A stretch of DNA of 63,061 nt, counting the filler, from Choristocarpus tenellus KU-1152 (Eukaryota > Protista > Phaeophyceae), in assembly GCA_964200185.2 (NCBI GenBank). It is 11 parts of 11 records of this genome, joined end to end, with 100 filler letters (N's around TTAATTAATTAA, not from the genome) between each part and the next. Parts side by side here need not be neighbours in the genome. Positions count along the whole stretch, not along the records: positions 47,666 to 52,801 come from CAXNAD020011759.1; positions 52,902 to 56,293 come from CAXNAD020020345.1; positions 56,394 to 63,061 come from CAXNAD020007609.1; 8 more parts are not named here. The stretch is one strand, 5' to 3'. Shown piece after piece: positions 52,713-63,061 of the stretch. The translations under genes were made by a program, and so were the position numbers. How positions within the stretch are numbered: the stretch's first letter is position 1; each line of letters begins with the position of its first letter. The notes below the pieces were generated by a model. That model worked only from the letters and a program-made list of their open reading frames with translations. It had not been told where the DNA came from and made no database searches.

Positions 52713-52801
52713 GGCTCAAAGTATCTGGGGGGGGGGGGGGGGTCACCCCCGGGGGGCCCTTTGGGCCCCTTCCCGGGGGGGGGAAACTAACATTTTCACC
52801 C
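52713..52801. mobile_element. Left end of a family B MITE at a contig end
   Basis: GGCTCAAAGTATCTGGG followed by poly-G and low-quality sequence. Confidence 0.65.
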
Positions 52802-52940
52802 NNNNNNNNNNNNNNNNNNNNNNNNNNNNNNNNNNNNNNNNNNNNTTAATTAATTAANNNNNNNNNNNNNNNNNNNNNNNNNNNNNNNNNNNNNNNNNNN
52901 NAAGAGGGTAGCGCGGGGTTGATTACTAAGCGGGTCCGCA

Positions 52941-52998
<58 letters not shown>

Positions 52999-53267
52999 AG
53001 TGACACTACTCCAACTAACAAATAACTGTAAATTCCAACAGGCACGTTCTATATACACAACGCCAACTCGTACTACACCACACCTAGCAGGCGGTCTTTT
53101 GTCGGTTATCGTAACCATACTGTAACAATACCGTAACCATACTGTAACCATACCGTAACCATACCGTAACCAAGCAAAAATACCCGTGACACACCCAAGC
53201 ACAAAAAAAAAAGATAACACAACATAACACACACACCTCATACTTTCTTCTTGAGTCAAGCACTAAC

Positions 53268-53346
53268 CTCTGCCTTCTTCTTGTCCTCCCTTGCTGTAAC
53301 CTCCACCTCTGCCAGGTAGTCCTTGGCTGCCACAAAGATACCGCTC
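53268..53346 (-). CDS. Isolated internal exon of an unidentified gene
   Basis: CCCAG|...|GTTAGT-bounded, purine-rich segment reading SGIFVAAKDYLAEVEVTAREDKKKAE within otherwise intron-like DNA. Confidence 0.4.
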
Positions 53347-55858
53347 CTGGGCAACCCGCCCACACATTCGATACACATGAGGGAATCAAGATCCAAGGAG
53401 AAAATTATAAGATTTTCTAAAAAAAAAAAATGGTATCACAAAACCACGGTGCAAAATCAGAACCTTTCTTTCACCTTCAGGTCCTACCCAAGTACCGGTC
53501 CGAACGAATGGCATGGACTGCTGTGTGTACCAACTGTGGGTACCAACAAGTGATGGTGGTTCCACCGTACTGTGATGTGATTGGTTGTCTGCCAATAAAA
53601 AAAACAAAAAAAAAGAATCATGGTGGACCCTTCGGAGAACACTCTTCGATAGGGTTATGGTTATAACTCTGACACGAGCTCTAGGAATTGTCACCCAACC
53701 AGTTCTCACCGTAACAAACCCCTCACCCGTACCAAGTTCTCATCAATGTACTTCAACCGTACCAACATGAACACGGAACCACCAAAAGCCTGTTAGTCTC
53801 GTGAAACCCAGTGCCCCCTACTACCTCTGTACAGTTTCATCTCATTAACCACTATTACAGTAGAGTCCCAAGTTAACCTTGTAACGGTTACTTACGAAGT
53901 GCCTCTTTGTCATCGATGACTGTGTAACACTGGATTGATTTAGTGTAACACTTGATTAATTTACCATAACACTGGAAATGAAAAAAAAAACTACACACAT
54001 ATATAGAAATAAAAAATATCTAACCTACTCCATACGGATTACACCAAAAGTAGAACAGATAACCTCCTAATCTCTGTTCAAGTCCTTCAAAACTGCATTA
54101 CCAGGGTATACCATAACCATTAGTAGTTACCCAAATAATGATGAAGCGAGAGCAGAGTACTGGACAATGAGGGGAAGGTACAACCTGTCAAAAACACGCA
54201 GCACTATGCTCACACCTCTCTACATTTAAAACTACATCCCCGTGTCAGAAAAAGGTGTACCTTTTTAGGTGTACTATCAACACCCTACAAATGTCAAGTA
54301 TTAATGCCCTACTCTGTCCAAGGTGCCATCCACATACTTCAAATGCCCCCCCACGTACACCCTAACCCTAACCATCAATAACCTCCCTACGGCTGCAAGA
54401 GAGGAAGTCCAGATGGGGGTAAAGGGTGATAGGATGCCGTTTCTACTTAACACTTTAGAGGTGCACAAGTGCCATAATAGCAAAACTGTATTTCGCTGGT
54501 GAAGTTAGTGATTAAAAACATTATGAAAGGCACTTTGCTGCTTCTGGGACATGGTTGGAGAGTAGTTGGTTGGAGAGTCTGAGTAAGTTTGGTTTGTACT
54601 ATGTATGTGTACCACCATGTATACATAAGTAAGTAAGTTCACTTGTATTGGTAGGTAGGTGGTTACAAATTATCTGAAATTATGAGAACCGTTACCCAGG
54701 TGTAACACATGCACCACACCCACACAATCCACCGATCTGTACAAGGCAAGACACCCCCTACTTGTAAAGACAATACACACACACAAGAATAACATTTCCC
54801 CTACTTTGCTTGAGAGAGCACTCACTGGGAGGTCCTCAAAAAAGAGGAAAAGAGCATTTGAAGTACAATATATAAATTTAAAAAGAAATAAAATAAGGAA
54901 AAGGCGCGTTTCTTTTCCCCCATCAATCTAGCTACAACTAACAAACCGCTCTTCCCGTCCATCTAGTTACATTACACATCTAGTTACAATATACAGCTAC
55001 ATTACCCATCTAGTTGCATTGCCCATCTAGTGATATTAAACAAAACCACACCTTCAATCAATCAATTCTACAACAAACTGGGGAACGTTTTCTCCTTGTC
55101 CATGCAACTACCTCACTGGCATGTTATTTTGGATGGAGGCAACGCCACTCTCCTCAGCACCTACTACACACAACTCCAAAATAATAAAAAATATGCATCG
55201 ATATATATATCAAGTACAACCACCAACAAAAAATAAAACACTCTTGACAAATACTCGAAAAGGAAGGAATGGACTGTCTCATTCAACCATAGAATCATTC
55301 AACTGTCACCCCAATGCTCGTATCACCTGCTTGCTTGGTGTTAATTGCTTTATATTACACACCATCGAAAGCAATCTCATAGCCTCCCAACAGTACTACC
55401 ACTGAGTACAAAGAGGCAGGATACCAAGCAAAGCTCACTATGGTTGTTCAGCTTAGACCACATTAACGCTGCCTCTCTACAACACCCGTACTCAAACTCC
55501 GTTTACAAAACTATGTACAAAATGGGTCATACATCATAGTCTCTTTTCCATCGAAACCCCCACCCCTCTCCTCTCTTCCTATCCAGAGCACTAACACTCT
55601 ACACCAAAAAACAATCAAAGCGCATACACTATGAAGTCCTGCAGCTTGAACCGTATACACTATGAAGTACCACATCAACTGGAACAGCTACATTAAAAAA
55701 TGGAGAAAGTTTACAACACGATGTCCAATACAATATCAATTCAAAACACATACATACACTATGAAACAACCTAGTACCACATGCAAACACACAATTTTCA
55801 TACAAATAAAAAAGAATTTGACCAAACACTTCACATACTGCTTATCACCACTGCACTG

Positions 55859-55957
55859 TACTAAAACCAAGTTAACACTGACTAGAAAAGAAGATAAATA
55901 ACTACCATACTAAAACCAAGTCAACACTGACTAGAAAAGAAGATAAATAACTACCAT
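55859..55957. repeat. 49-bp near-perfect tandem duplication
   Basis: tactaaaaccaagt(t/c)aacactgactagaaaagaagataaataactacca x2. Confidence 0.9.
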
Positions 55958-56023
55958 TCTAACACTACACTCCTTCTCCCCACATACTCTTTCTGCTCAA
56001 CATCAGTTCAAACAGGTACTGGG

Positions 56024-56182
56024 GTATATATTAGGCAGATATTAGGTATATATTAGGTGTATATAAGTTATATAATAGATATATTAGGTGTATATTAGGC
56101 ATGTATGAAGTGTATATTAGGTATACGTTAAGTGTATACTAGGTATATATTAGGTGTATATTAGGTATGTATTAGATATATA
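56024..56182. repeat. Degenerate (TATATTAGGTG/A) ~11-bp repeat
   Basis: Directly visible. Confidence 0.8.
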
Positions 56183-56393
56183 TAAGCTACAAAAGCACAA
56201 GACAGTATCAAATTTCAACCATCCTTTTTCAAGGGGGAGTTACAAAAAACACATAACAAGGCCTGCCCCGAAATCTCAGTACGCCTCCATCACNNNNNNN
56301 NNNNNNNNNNNNNNNNNNNNNNNNNNNNNNNNNNNNNTTAATTAATTAANNNNNNNNNNNNNNNNNNNNNNNNNNNNNNNNNNNNNNNNNNNN

Positions 56394-57700
56394 CATGTCT
56401 GGTGTCTACATTTTACCTACTGCAACTAGTCACTGGGCGCCTGTTCGATAGGGCCTCCTCTCTCCCTAGGGATCTGCTGGTAGCGAGTTTAAACTCGACG
56501 GGGGGATCTGGCATATGCCGACTCCAGGGGTCGTGTTGAGGCTCATGCATTTGCCCCTTGTCCACATTGGCTCTGGTGTCGTGTCAGGGCTAGCAAGGAA
56601 CTTTCCTTCCATTGCTCCACTTCATCAGGTAAGGCAGCCAATTGGGTCTGGAAAGAGTCGAAGTGGATCCTGTTCAGGAGGTGGGTGATCTCATGTTGTG
56701 CTCTCCTTGTAATTCTGGCATCATGGGCTGCCAGAATGTCGACCTCTGGGGCCGGTGCCGGGGATGTTACTTCCCCCCAGGCTACCCAGTCTTAGCCAAT
56801 GATTTCCGCTAGGTTTTTTGAGGGGACTCCTGTAGAGAGGAGGGTGTGGATGGATGATCCTAGGGCATCCTAGGGCCCTGACTGTGGGGCTCACACACAT
56901 GGGTTGTCAGAAAGACTCACCCTGAGGCCCTTGTTGCCTTGCAAAGAGAGTGGGGAGAGTAGGCACTAGTGATCCGATGAAGGCTGCATGTTGGCGCAGT
57001 GCTTCATAGAGGAGAGGTCTAACCCCCCCGCACTTGTGGGCATCTGTGCCTGTACTTGTTGGTAGGTCTCTAGGCAGAGAGATCCATTGTCACACACCCC
57101 TTCAAACAAGTCCATCGCCCCCGCCAAGTCTGCTACCTCCATTATCTTCTCAAGAGTCCAAGTGAGGTGTGGTCTGCCTGCTCCATGGTGGAGCGTGCCA
57201 GTTGGGGGGGAATGACCCTTACCAAATAGCCTAGGTGGGAGGAGAGGGACAAGGAGTTGAGGAGCCAGGCCACTTGTGTTGTCCTCCATCTTGCTGAGGT
57301 GTGTGGTCAGTAATCTTGACCCAGACCTCTCAGTTATCTCAGCCATGTGAGACAAAATATCTGAAGAGGGTAGAGCCACGTCCGTTTGGGGTCCAAAATC
57401 TAATGTTGCGATTTTGATTCAAATTTAGCTATCGTTTTTGGTAGGAAGTATTGGTATCCTTGTTCTTAGCACACCTTTTCATAACGTATACATTTAACCT
57501 ACTCCGAACATTTCAGAGTAGGAAAACGTGATAAAAAAAATCCGTGGGAAGCCAAGCCCCAGATGGACAAACAGGGCAAAATCCATACCCTCTAAGATAC
57601 TTCCACTCATGTGGGCTTGGATTAATTAATCTGTTCCCAAAGGACACCCCAATGTAACAAACCCATTTGGTTTTGGGGTCAGGTTGATTCCCGGATAGTT
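56394..57700 (-). mobile_element. Decayed non-LTR retrotransposon (CRE/R2-like RT C-terminal and post-RT region)
   Basis: Broken frame: GFVTLGCPLGTD*...QAQMPTSAGGLDLSS (LPxxxGGLG thumb motif)...AQHEITHLLNR...RHQSQCGQGANA*...EFKLATSRSLG, with in-frame stops and a MITE insertion. Confidence 0.7.
57349..57608. mobile_element. MITE family A inserted into a non-LTR retrotransposon relic
   Basis: GAGACAAAATATCTGAAGAGGG...CCCTCTAAGATACTTCCACTC with 4-bp TSD atgt/atgt. The retroelement reading frame resumes across it. Confidence 0.85.
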
Positions 57701-57714
57701 AGAAGCTCCAGTTC

Positions 57715-57825
57715 TGAGGGTGTATATGCCCTCAAACCACCGTGGAATCAGCAGATGACAGTGATCTTTGGAGGTATGAAAAACTTGGCCAGGACAACCC
57801 ACAGGAGATCACGATCAACAAAATC
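57715..57825 (-). mobile_element. RTE-type reverse transcriptase fragment
   Basis: VDRDLLWVVLAKFFIPPKITVIC*FHGGLRA resembles the RTE motif DSVDRxLLWxVLxxFGVPxxxxxxIxxFHxGMRA. Confidence 0.55.
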
Positions 57826-59771
57826 TGTAACTATTAATAATAAGCAATGATATAATATACCTCCATCTCTATGACACGGTGACCAGGACAGTTTATGTAC
57901 AGTTAGTCCTGTTTTTGACCAGAGCTGTGTGGTTGTTCTTACATTTTCAATGGTACTTCAGGAGTCACCACAATATGATATGGAATGGTAGCAACTACCA
58001 CCAAATTGGATAATATGGGATGGTAGTGTGGTAATTATAGAGCTTTCTCATTACAATACGGTGACAACTGCTGTGGTAAAAATCCTATTAATATGGTAAA
58101 TGATCGTGACAACCTTTGCTAAATTAAAGATAACCAAATATGATAAGAAACACAGGGGATACACATGCATACCTACTATCGTCATTGTGCATCTCACGGG
58201 CATACTGATAATCTTCCTAACAAAAGATGAACAAGTACTAACAACCAATCAATGACAGAGGTGAAAGGGAAAAGTGCAGTAGGGCACACATGTGTTCGCC
58301 CAGAGGTCAATCCCATCGCATTATCCTCTCTTCATGTAAGAAAGAAAGAACTGAAGGGTCTTCACTGATGCTACCATCGCTGTTAATACTGCTGCCTATA
58401 CCCATTGTTTGTGAAGAATTTATTAGACCTCTTAGACACAGATCTTCACACGAAATTAAAAAATCGTAGCTAGTTGTTACAGTTTTTACCCAAAATACCA
58501 CAACCTTCATCCAATAGTGTCACAGAATTGCAAAAAAAAATGTTCCTAGCTACTTCCCTGAAATGATAAACAAAAACTACATATCCTAACTGTTCCACGA
58601 GCAGTTGTGTGAGGGAATGATCACTACACACTCCTGAGCATCTATGTGCATGGGGGACACGTGGCATCAGCAATATTACCCTGCATACTAAAATATAGTT
58701 TGATAATCACATAAATATGAAGGTATTATTTAGGTTATATTGCAAAAATTGGTGAAAGCACCACCTATTGATGGGGATCATAAATATGTTCGTAACATAC
58801 CTTGAAAAGAACAGGGCAAAACATAGTACTTCGAAATATACCTGTAGTTGATTTCTCCAACACACATCAGAATGACTAACGGGGGGCAGAAAGGTTCCTA
58901 TTGACAAATCTCTCTACTATACCCACCAAGACCACAATTGTTGTTGTCCCCTTACAACAAGACTCAAACAGTCATCAATTAATACAATGGACCCTACTCT
59001 GTTCAAGTGGATAAAACTGAGGCAAAACCCCCAACCAATAATAATATTAACACCAAGAAGCACTACCTTACGGCTAGCCGTACTCTCACTGGTTTCATTA
59101 AAAGCACCTGATTCTCTACGCGACCAAAGGGGAAGCCAAGCTGCAGTCCATCCATTACCACTACTACTCTCTCCCATTAACATGCCTTTCAGAAGACTTT
59201 ATTTGCATTTACTAAAACCTCCTGGCATGCAATAGTACTAATCTCCACCACATCCACTACATGCGATAGCCCAAGATTATAAAAAGGACAAGTAACACCA
59301 GGGCACCACATAAACCAAACCCAAGCCTGGAACTATTCTCCACAAAACACACACGGAGCAGGAAGGTGAACTGCCATACAAGTATATATTCCTGCATGTT
59401 TTATCCTCTCCAAAAATATGTCTAGGCACATTACACTAATCAAGACTCTAGTAATGATTGACATGCTTGCGTAGACTCAAGGCTCAACCCCCTGCCTGCA
59501 TTAAACAACTACTATTTATGGACTCAATCCTTAAATGAAGTAATTTCATGCAGTGTGGAACAAAAAGGGAACATAATCAAATACTCACTTGATCAAGGAG
59601 AAAACATCTCTTCCTCTTCCTCACATCATTGGAACTGTAGGGGAAACAAACATCAGAAGAAAAATACATCACACATCCACCCATCCACACATTGATGTAC
59701 CCCGCCGCTCTCCTCTGCTTCTTCCCCTGTTTAGATTTTTGTCCAACCAATGATAGCTACCGTTATCCACC

Positions 59772-62700
59772 TTATGCTGCTGACGAAGGCTTGTCAGCCA
59801 TCATCAGCCCTTCCGCTTCCTCTTCCACCTCCTCCTCCTCCACCTCAGTCTCTTTCTTACCTCGCCAGCAACAGCACAACCAACCTATCCCTACGCACGG
59901 CTTCCCTCCCACCCCTCTCTCCCCCATCACATCTCCATTGTCACTGTAGTTTAAGAGGGACAACACCACATTTGCAGACCCAGCCCAAATAGGGATATTC
60001 AAGGCTGCACCTAGGAAAAAGTGACTGCCCACAGCACAAACCACAATGGCACCAGATGTGGCAAAAGTTTTGAGGATAGCATTTGCATGCTTCACAGTCA
60101 GGGCCACAAGAATGCCCCCTGCCGCACCCATGATGGCCAGTATCACAGTGTGGATAGTCCAGCCTGCAAAAAAATTACTCTCCGAAACAATGGCACCTGG
60201 AGAGTAGAGGATGAGGGAAAAAACAGCCAGCTGACAAGAGAATGGGTACGACAGGGGGGTGGTAAGGTCTTGTATACAGTGACGGTGTTGACATGAGGGA
60301 ACCGACAGGGTGTAGTGGGTCTTACGGGTGTACAGGCTAAGCCTAGCAGTGCAACTAAGCAAGACTCGTCAACCAATGATGTGGAAAATTCTTTATGGAA
60401 TTGAAGCAGTTCCAAGTCATAGGAAAAAGAAGACGTCCTCACAACAGCAGAGGTTCATAGCCTGTGATTGACTTTTTTTACATTCTTGGGGACCCCATCG
60501 CAAACTTGTATCGCACCCTAATACAGCAGCCATTGCTTGATTATGATAGACCCCAGTATCAGTTGCACAACTTCCTTACAATGGTTGTAGCCAGTTTCAC
60601 CACGTTGGGGAATATTGCTTGTTCTGTTCTGTCTCACCTGAAAATTGCGTTGCCAGACGGAAAAAGCAGCGACCCTCGACTTGAGCACCCTCTCAAAATA
60701 GACACTAGCATACCCTGAAAGAGTCACCTTGAGGTGCAGGGAAACAGAGCGAGGTTGAGCTGAAACACACCACAAGACCAATGACAACTAGTACATCGCC
60801 AAGTACCCAACACACATATTGAATACCTGACACTACTCTCCTCTTTATCAATATTCAGGACCCACAAAAAGAAATTGACTGCTGAGAATGCAATGGTACT
60901 TACTCATTTAACAATGTTGGAAATGTGGAGTAGGTTAGGGTTGGGAGAAGAACTCTTGCCTCAAATCTTACCATATCATAAAGGAAACGCTCTTCACATT
61001 ACCATGGCTTGCCATTCAAGTGTCCAATCTAAAACATGATAACTTGCTTCTGGTAGAGAGATATTCTCACCCGGGCAAAATCTAGTTTGTGGGGCAAGGT
61101 GATCACAAGTCCTATGTTCTACCTGACTATTGGGTTGTTTGTCAAACAGCTCTCTCTCTTGGAGTAAGAACGCAACTCATTCACCAGTTGGGGTCACATC
61201 CCTTCTAATTGAAACTTCTGGTACGGAGAACTACACTAAAAGCAGAAAAAAGACAACATGCGTAACACACAAACATTCGGGAGGGTGGGAGGTTCACAAC
61301 CGACAGGCTGACTGATCTAAACGCATGAAAAGCAAGGTGCAAACCTTGTATAACTAGACAAGAATGTTGATATCATGGGTAAAGCTAGTCCAGGACAAAG
61401 TGTGGACATGTATGCAGCAGTAAGAACTTTCAAAATACCTACCACATGCAACCTCAACTCCACGTTCTGTGGTGCCCTAGAACATTCTTACCACACCTCT
61501 ACGTCCTACGATGTTCTTTTACCACCCAGAGTGTTGCCGCCCACTGCACTGTCTTACCTATCAACGCCAGTATCTATCATCGCAAACCCCTTCGAACCTC
61601 CCAAAAATTTATAACACCAGTTTTTTCCTTTGTCTCTAGTGGGACTATGGTAATAGAGTCCATCAAATGAAAAACTCCAAGCATTCCCCGGCTGAAATTT
61701 CTCGAAAAGCTTGATGTGTCCAAAACCAAATCCCACAGGCGTGTGTGTCCTATTACATCACGGGTCACATTAATCTCCTCTCCTTACTCCAGAAATGCAC
61801 AAGTCATTTTTTTTATTTGACATATTCATTCATGATAGGATTGGTCAAAATATATTCTTTTCGATATCCACTATCACTACCACACTTGTGAAAATCTAAC
61901 AAAACAGTAATCTGTACTCTACGCTTTCCATGGACAAGCCTCTCCAGCACCACCTTCGGGACATTTTTCATGAGCAAGTACTAAGGTGCACTGATGATTA
62001 CCATCCTGTACTGTACAAACTCTGATCCAGCTCCACTGTCAGAAAAAAATAAGGCACCATTTCTTTGGGAGATTCGCAATCAAATCGGGGAGATTGTGCG
62101 CACACAAAGTTTATAGCTCATGGTAGACTGCGTGTTCAAAATACTGCTCATGTCTTCTTTCATGGTCATACCAAATCACAAACCAAAATCGACTCCTCAT
62201 TGCTTCACTGCTCATAAATTGTAGGATTCCTCTACAATGCAAACTTGTCATTAGCTTGATATATGATACATAGTTGACAGTGTTGTCAAAGAGCTCCCTA
62301 CTATCTGGTGATATCCATCCCGAGGGAAAATCTGCTGTTGGAACATACATAACATGCTTAAATCCTGTTAGCAAGACGAAAAATGGGAGGTTTCTATATT
62401 CTACAGTAAAGCACAGTAAAATAAAGGGGATTTGGTTAGCATGAGATCATCGGCCTTGCACTCAATATTCCTACATGCCTAAACACACATACACAGAAGG
62501 TACAGGACTACTTGGTTGAACCTTTGGTCTAAGGGGGAAGGGAAATGTGTGGCAACTCTAGCGCTGTCCTTCAATCCTCTCTTGCCAATCCACAGTTACC
62601 TGAACACCTTGCCAGCAACATGGAAACCAAGCCTCATATGTACACACACAAATACTCCCACTTTAACTTGCATACTTGAGCTGGTTTGCATGACAACGCT

Positions 62701-62964
62701 GAACCCCATGCCAAAAAGGCACCAAAATGCTAATGTGCCTCCAGTGCATCTGAGGCTCACCTCAGTAAGAACCGCCAAAAGCCCAATGAGGTACCTTGTA
62801 CTAATGGTACCACCTGTAAGGTCTGTGTCATCAGACCGGTCATAGGCCCCATCAGAAACAAGAATCACCCCAATTATCAGCAGTAGCAGGGCACGCCACT
62901 TGCGGGGGTGCAGACTCTTGTTGAGCAACAGAACCGAGAACACTGCTGTTGTGAGAACCTTCAA
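59772..62964 (-). CDS. Nucleotide-sugar transporter (SLC35A; CMP-sialic acid/UDP-galactose transporter family), last three exons
   Basis: Exons 62964-62761, 60727-60638 and 60230-59772 (stop) are all phase 0. Motifs LKVLTTAVFSVLLL, SGYASVYFERVLK, SVWQRNFQL, FFAGW and GGILVALTVKHANAILKTFATS. Confidence 0.92.
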
Positions 62965-63061
62965 CTGAGGTTGGAGGTGGCAGGGGGGAGGGGGGGGGTG
63001 GCAGGATAAGAAGGGAATAGCTGCTCCATAAAACCTTTCGCAAAGTATATAACTGACAGGA

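Noticed and set aside
4265-56393. Recurrent TTAATTAATTAA motif flanked by Ns, and any gene cluster spanning these motifs
   Set aside because: These are artificial six-frame-stop linkers between unrelated contigs. Co-occurrence of the G-alpha, kinase and protease genes is not synteny.

Overview
This window is not one locus. It is 11 short eukaryotic contigs (1-4264, 4365-12131, 12232-14753, 14854-25251, 25352-28821, 28922-31674, 31775-40440, 40541-47565, 47666-52801, 52902-56293, 56394-63061) joined by artificial 100-nt N44-TTAATTAATTAA-N44 spacers, so adjacency across spacers means nothing. Short exons with long GT-AG introns, ASAFAP-like plastid-targeting leaders and TTAGGG repeats suggest a photosynthetic stramenopile, probably a brown alga (inference). 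Genes reconstructed by manual splicing: a complete 5-exon plastid PAP/fibrillin, and partial NO66/RIOX1, G-protein alpha, TKL (LISK-like) kinase, plastid-type GatB, SLC35A-type nucleotide-sugar transporter, and an HEXXHXXGXXH metalloprotease that the ORF track misses. Introns and intergenic DNA hold MITEs, decayed non-LTR retroelements, minisatellites and degenerate telomeric repeats. I found no multi-gene novel system. The best leads are a MITE clan that shares one TIR core but shows both 4-bp and 3-bp target-site duplications and nests in itself, and the metzincin-like gene with an internal hydrophobic segment.
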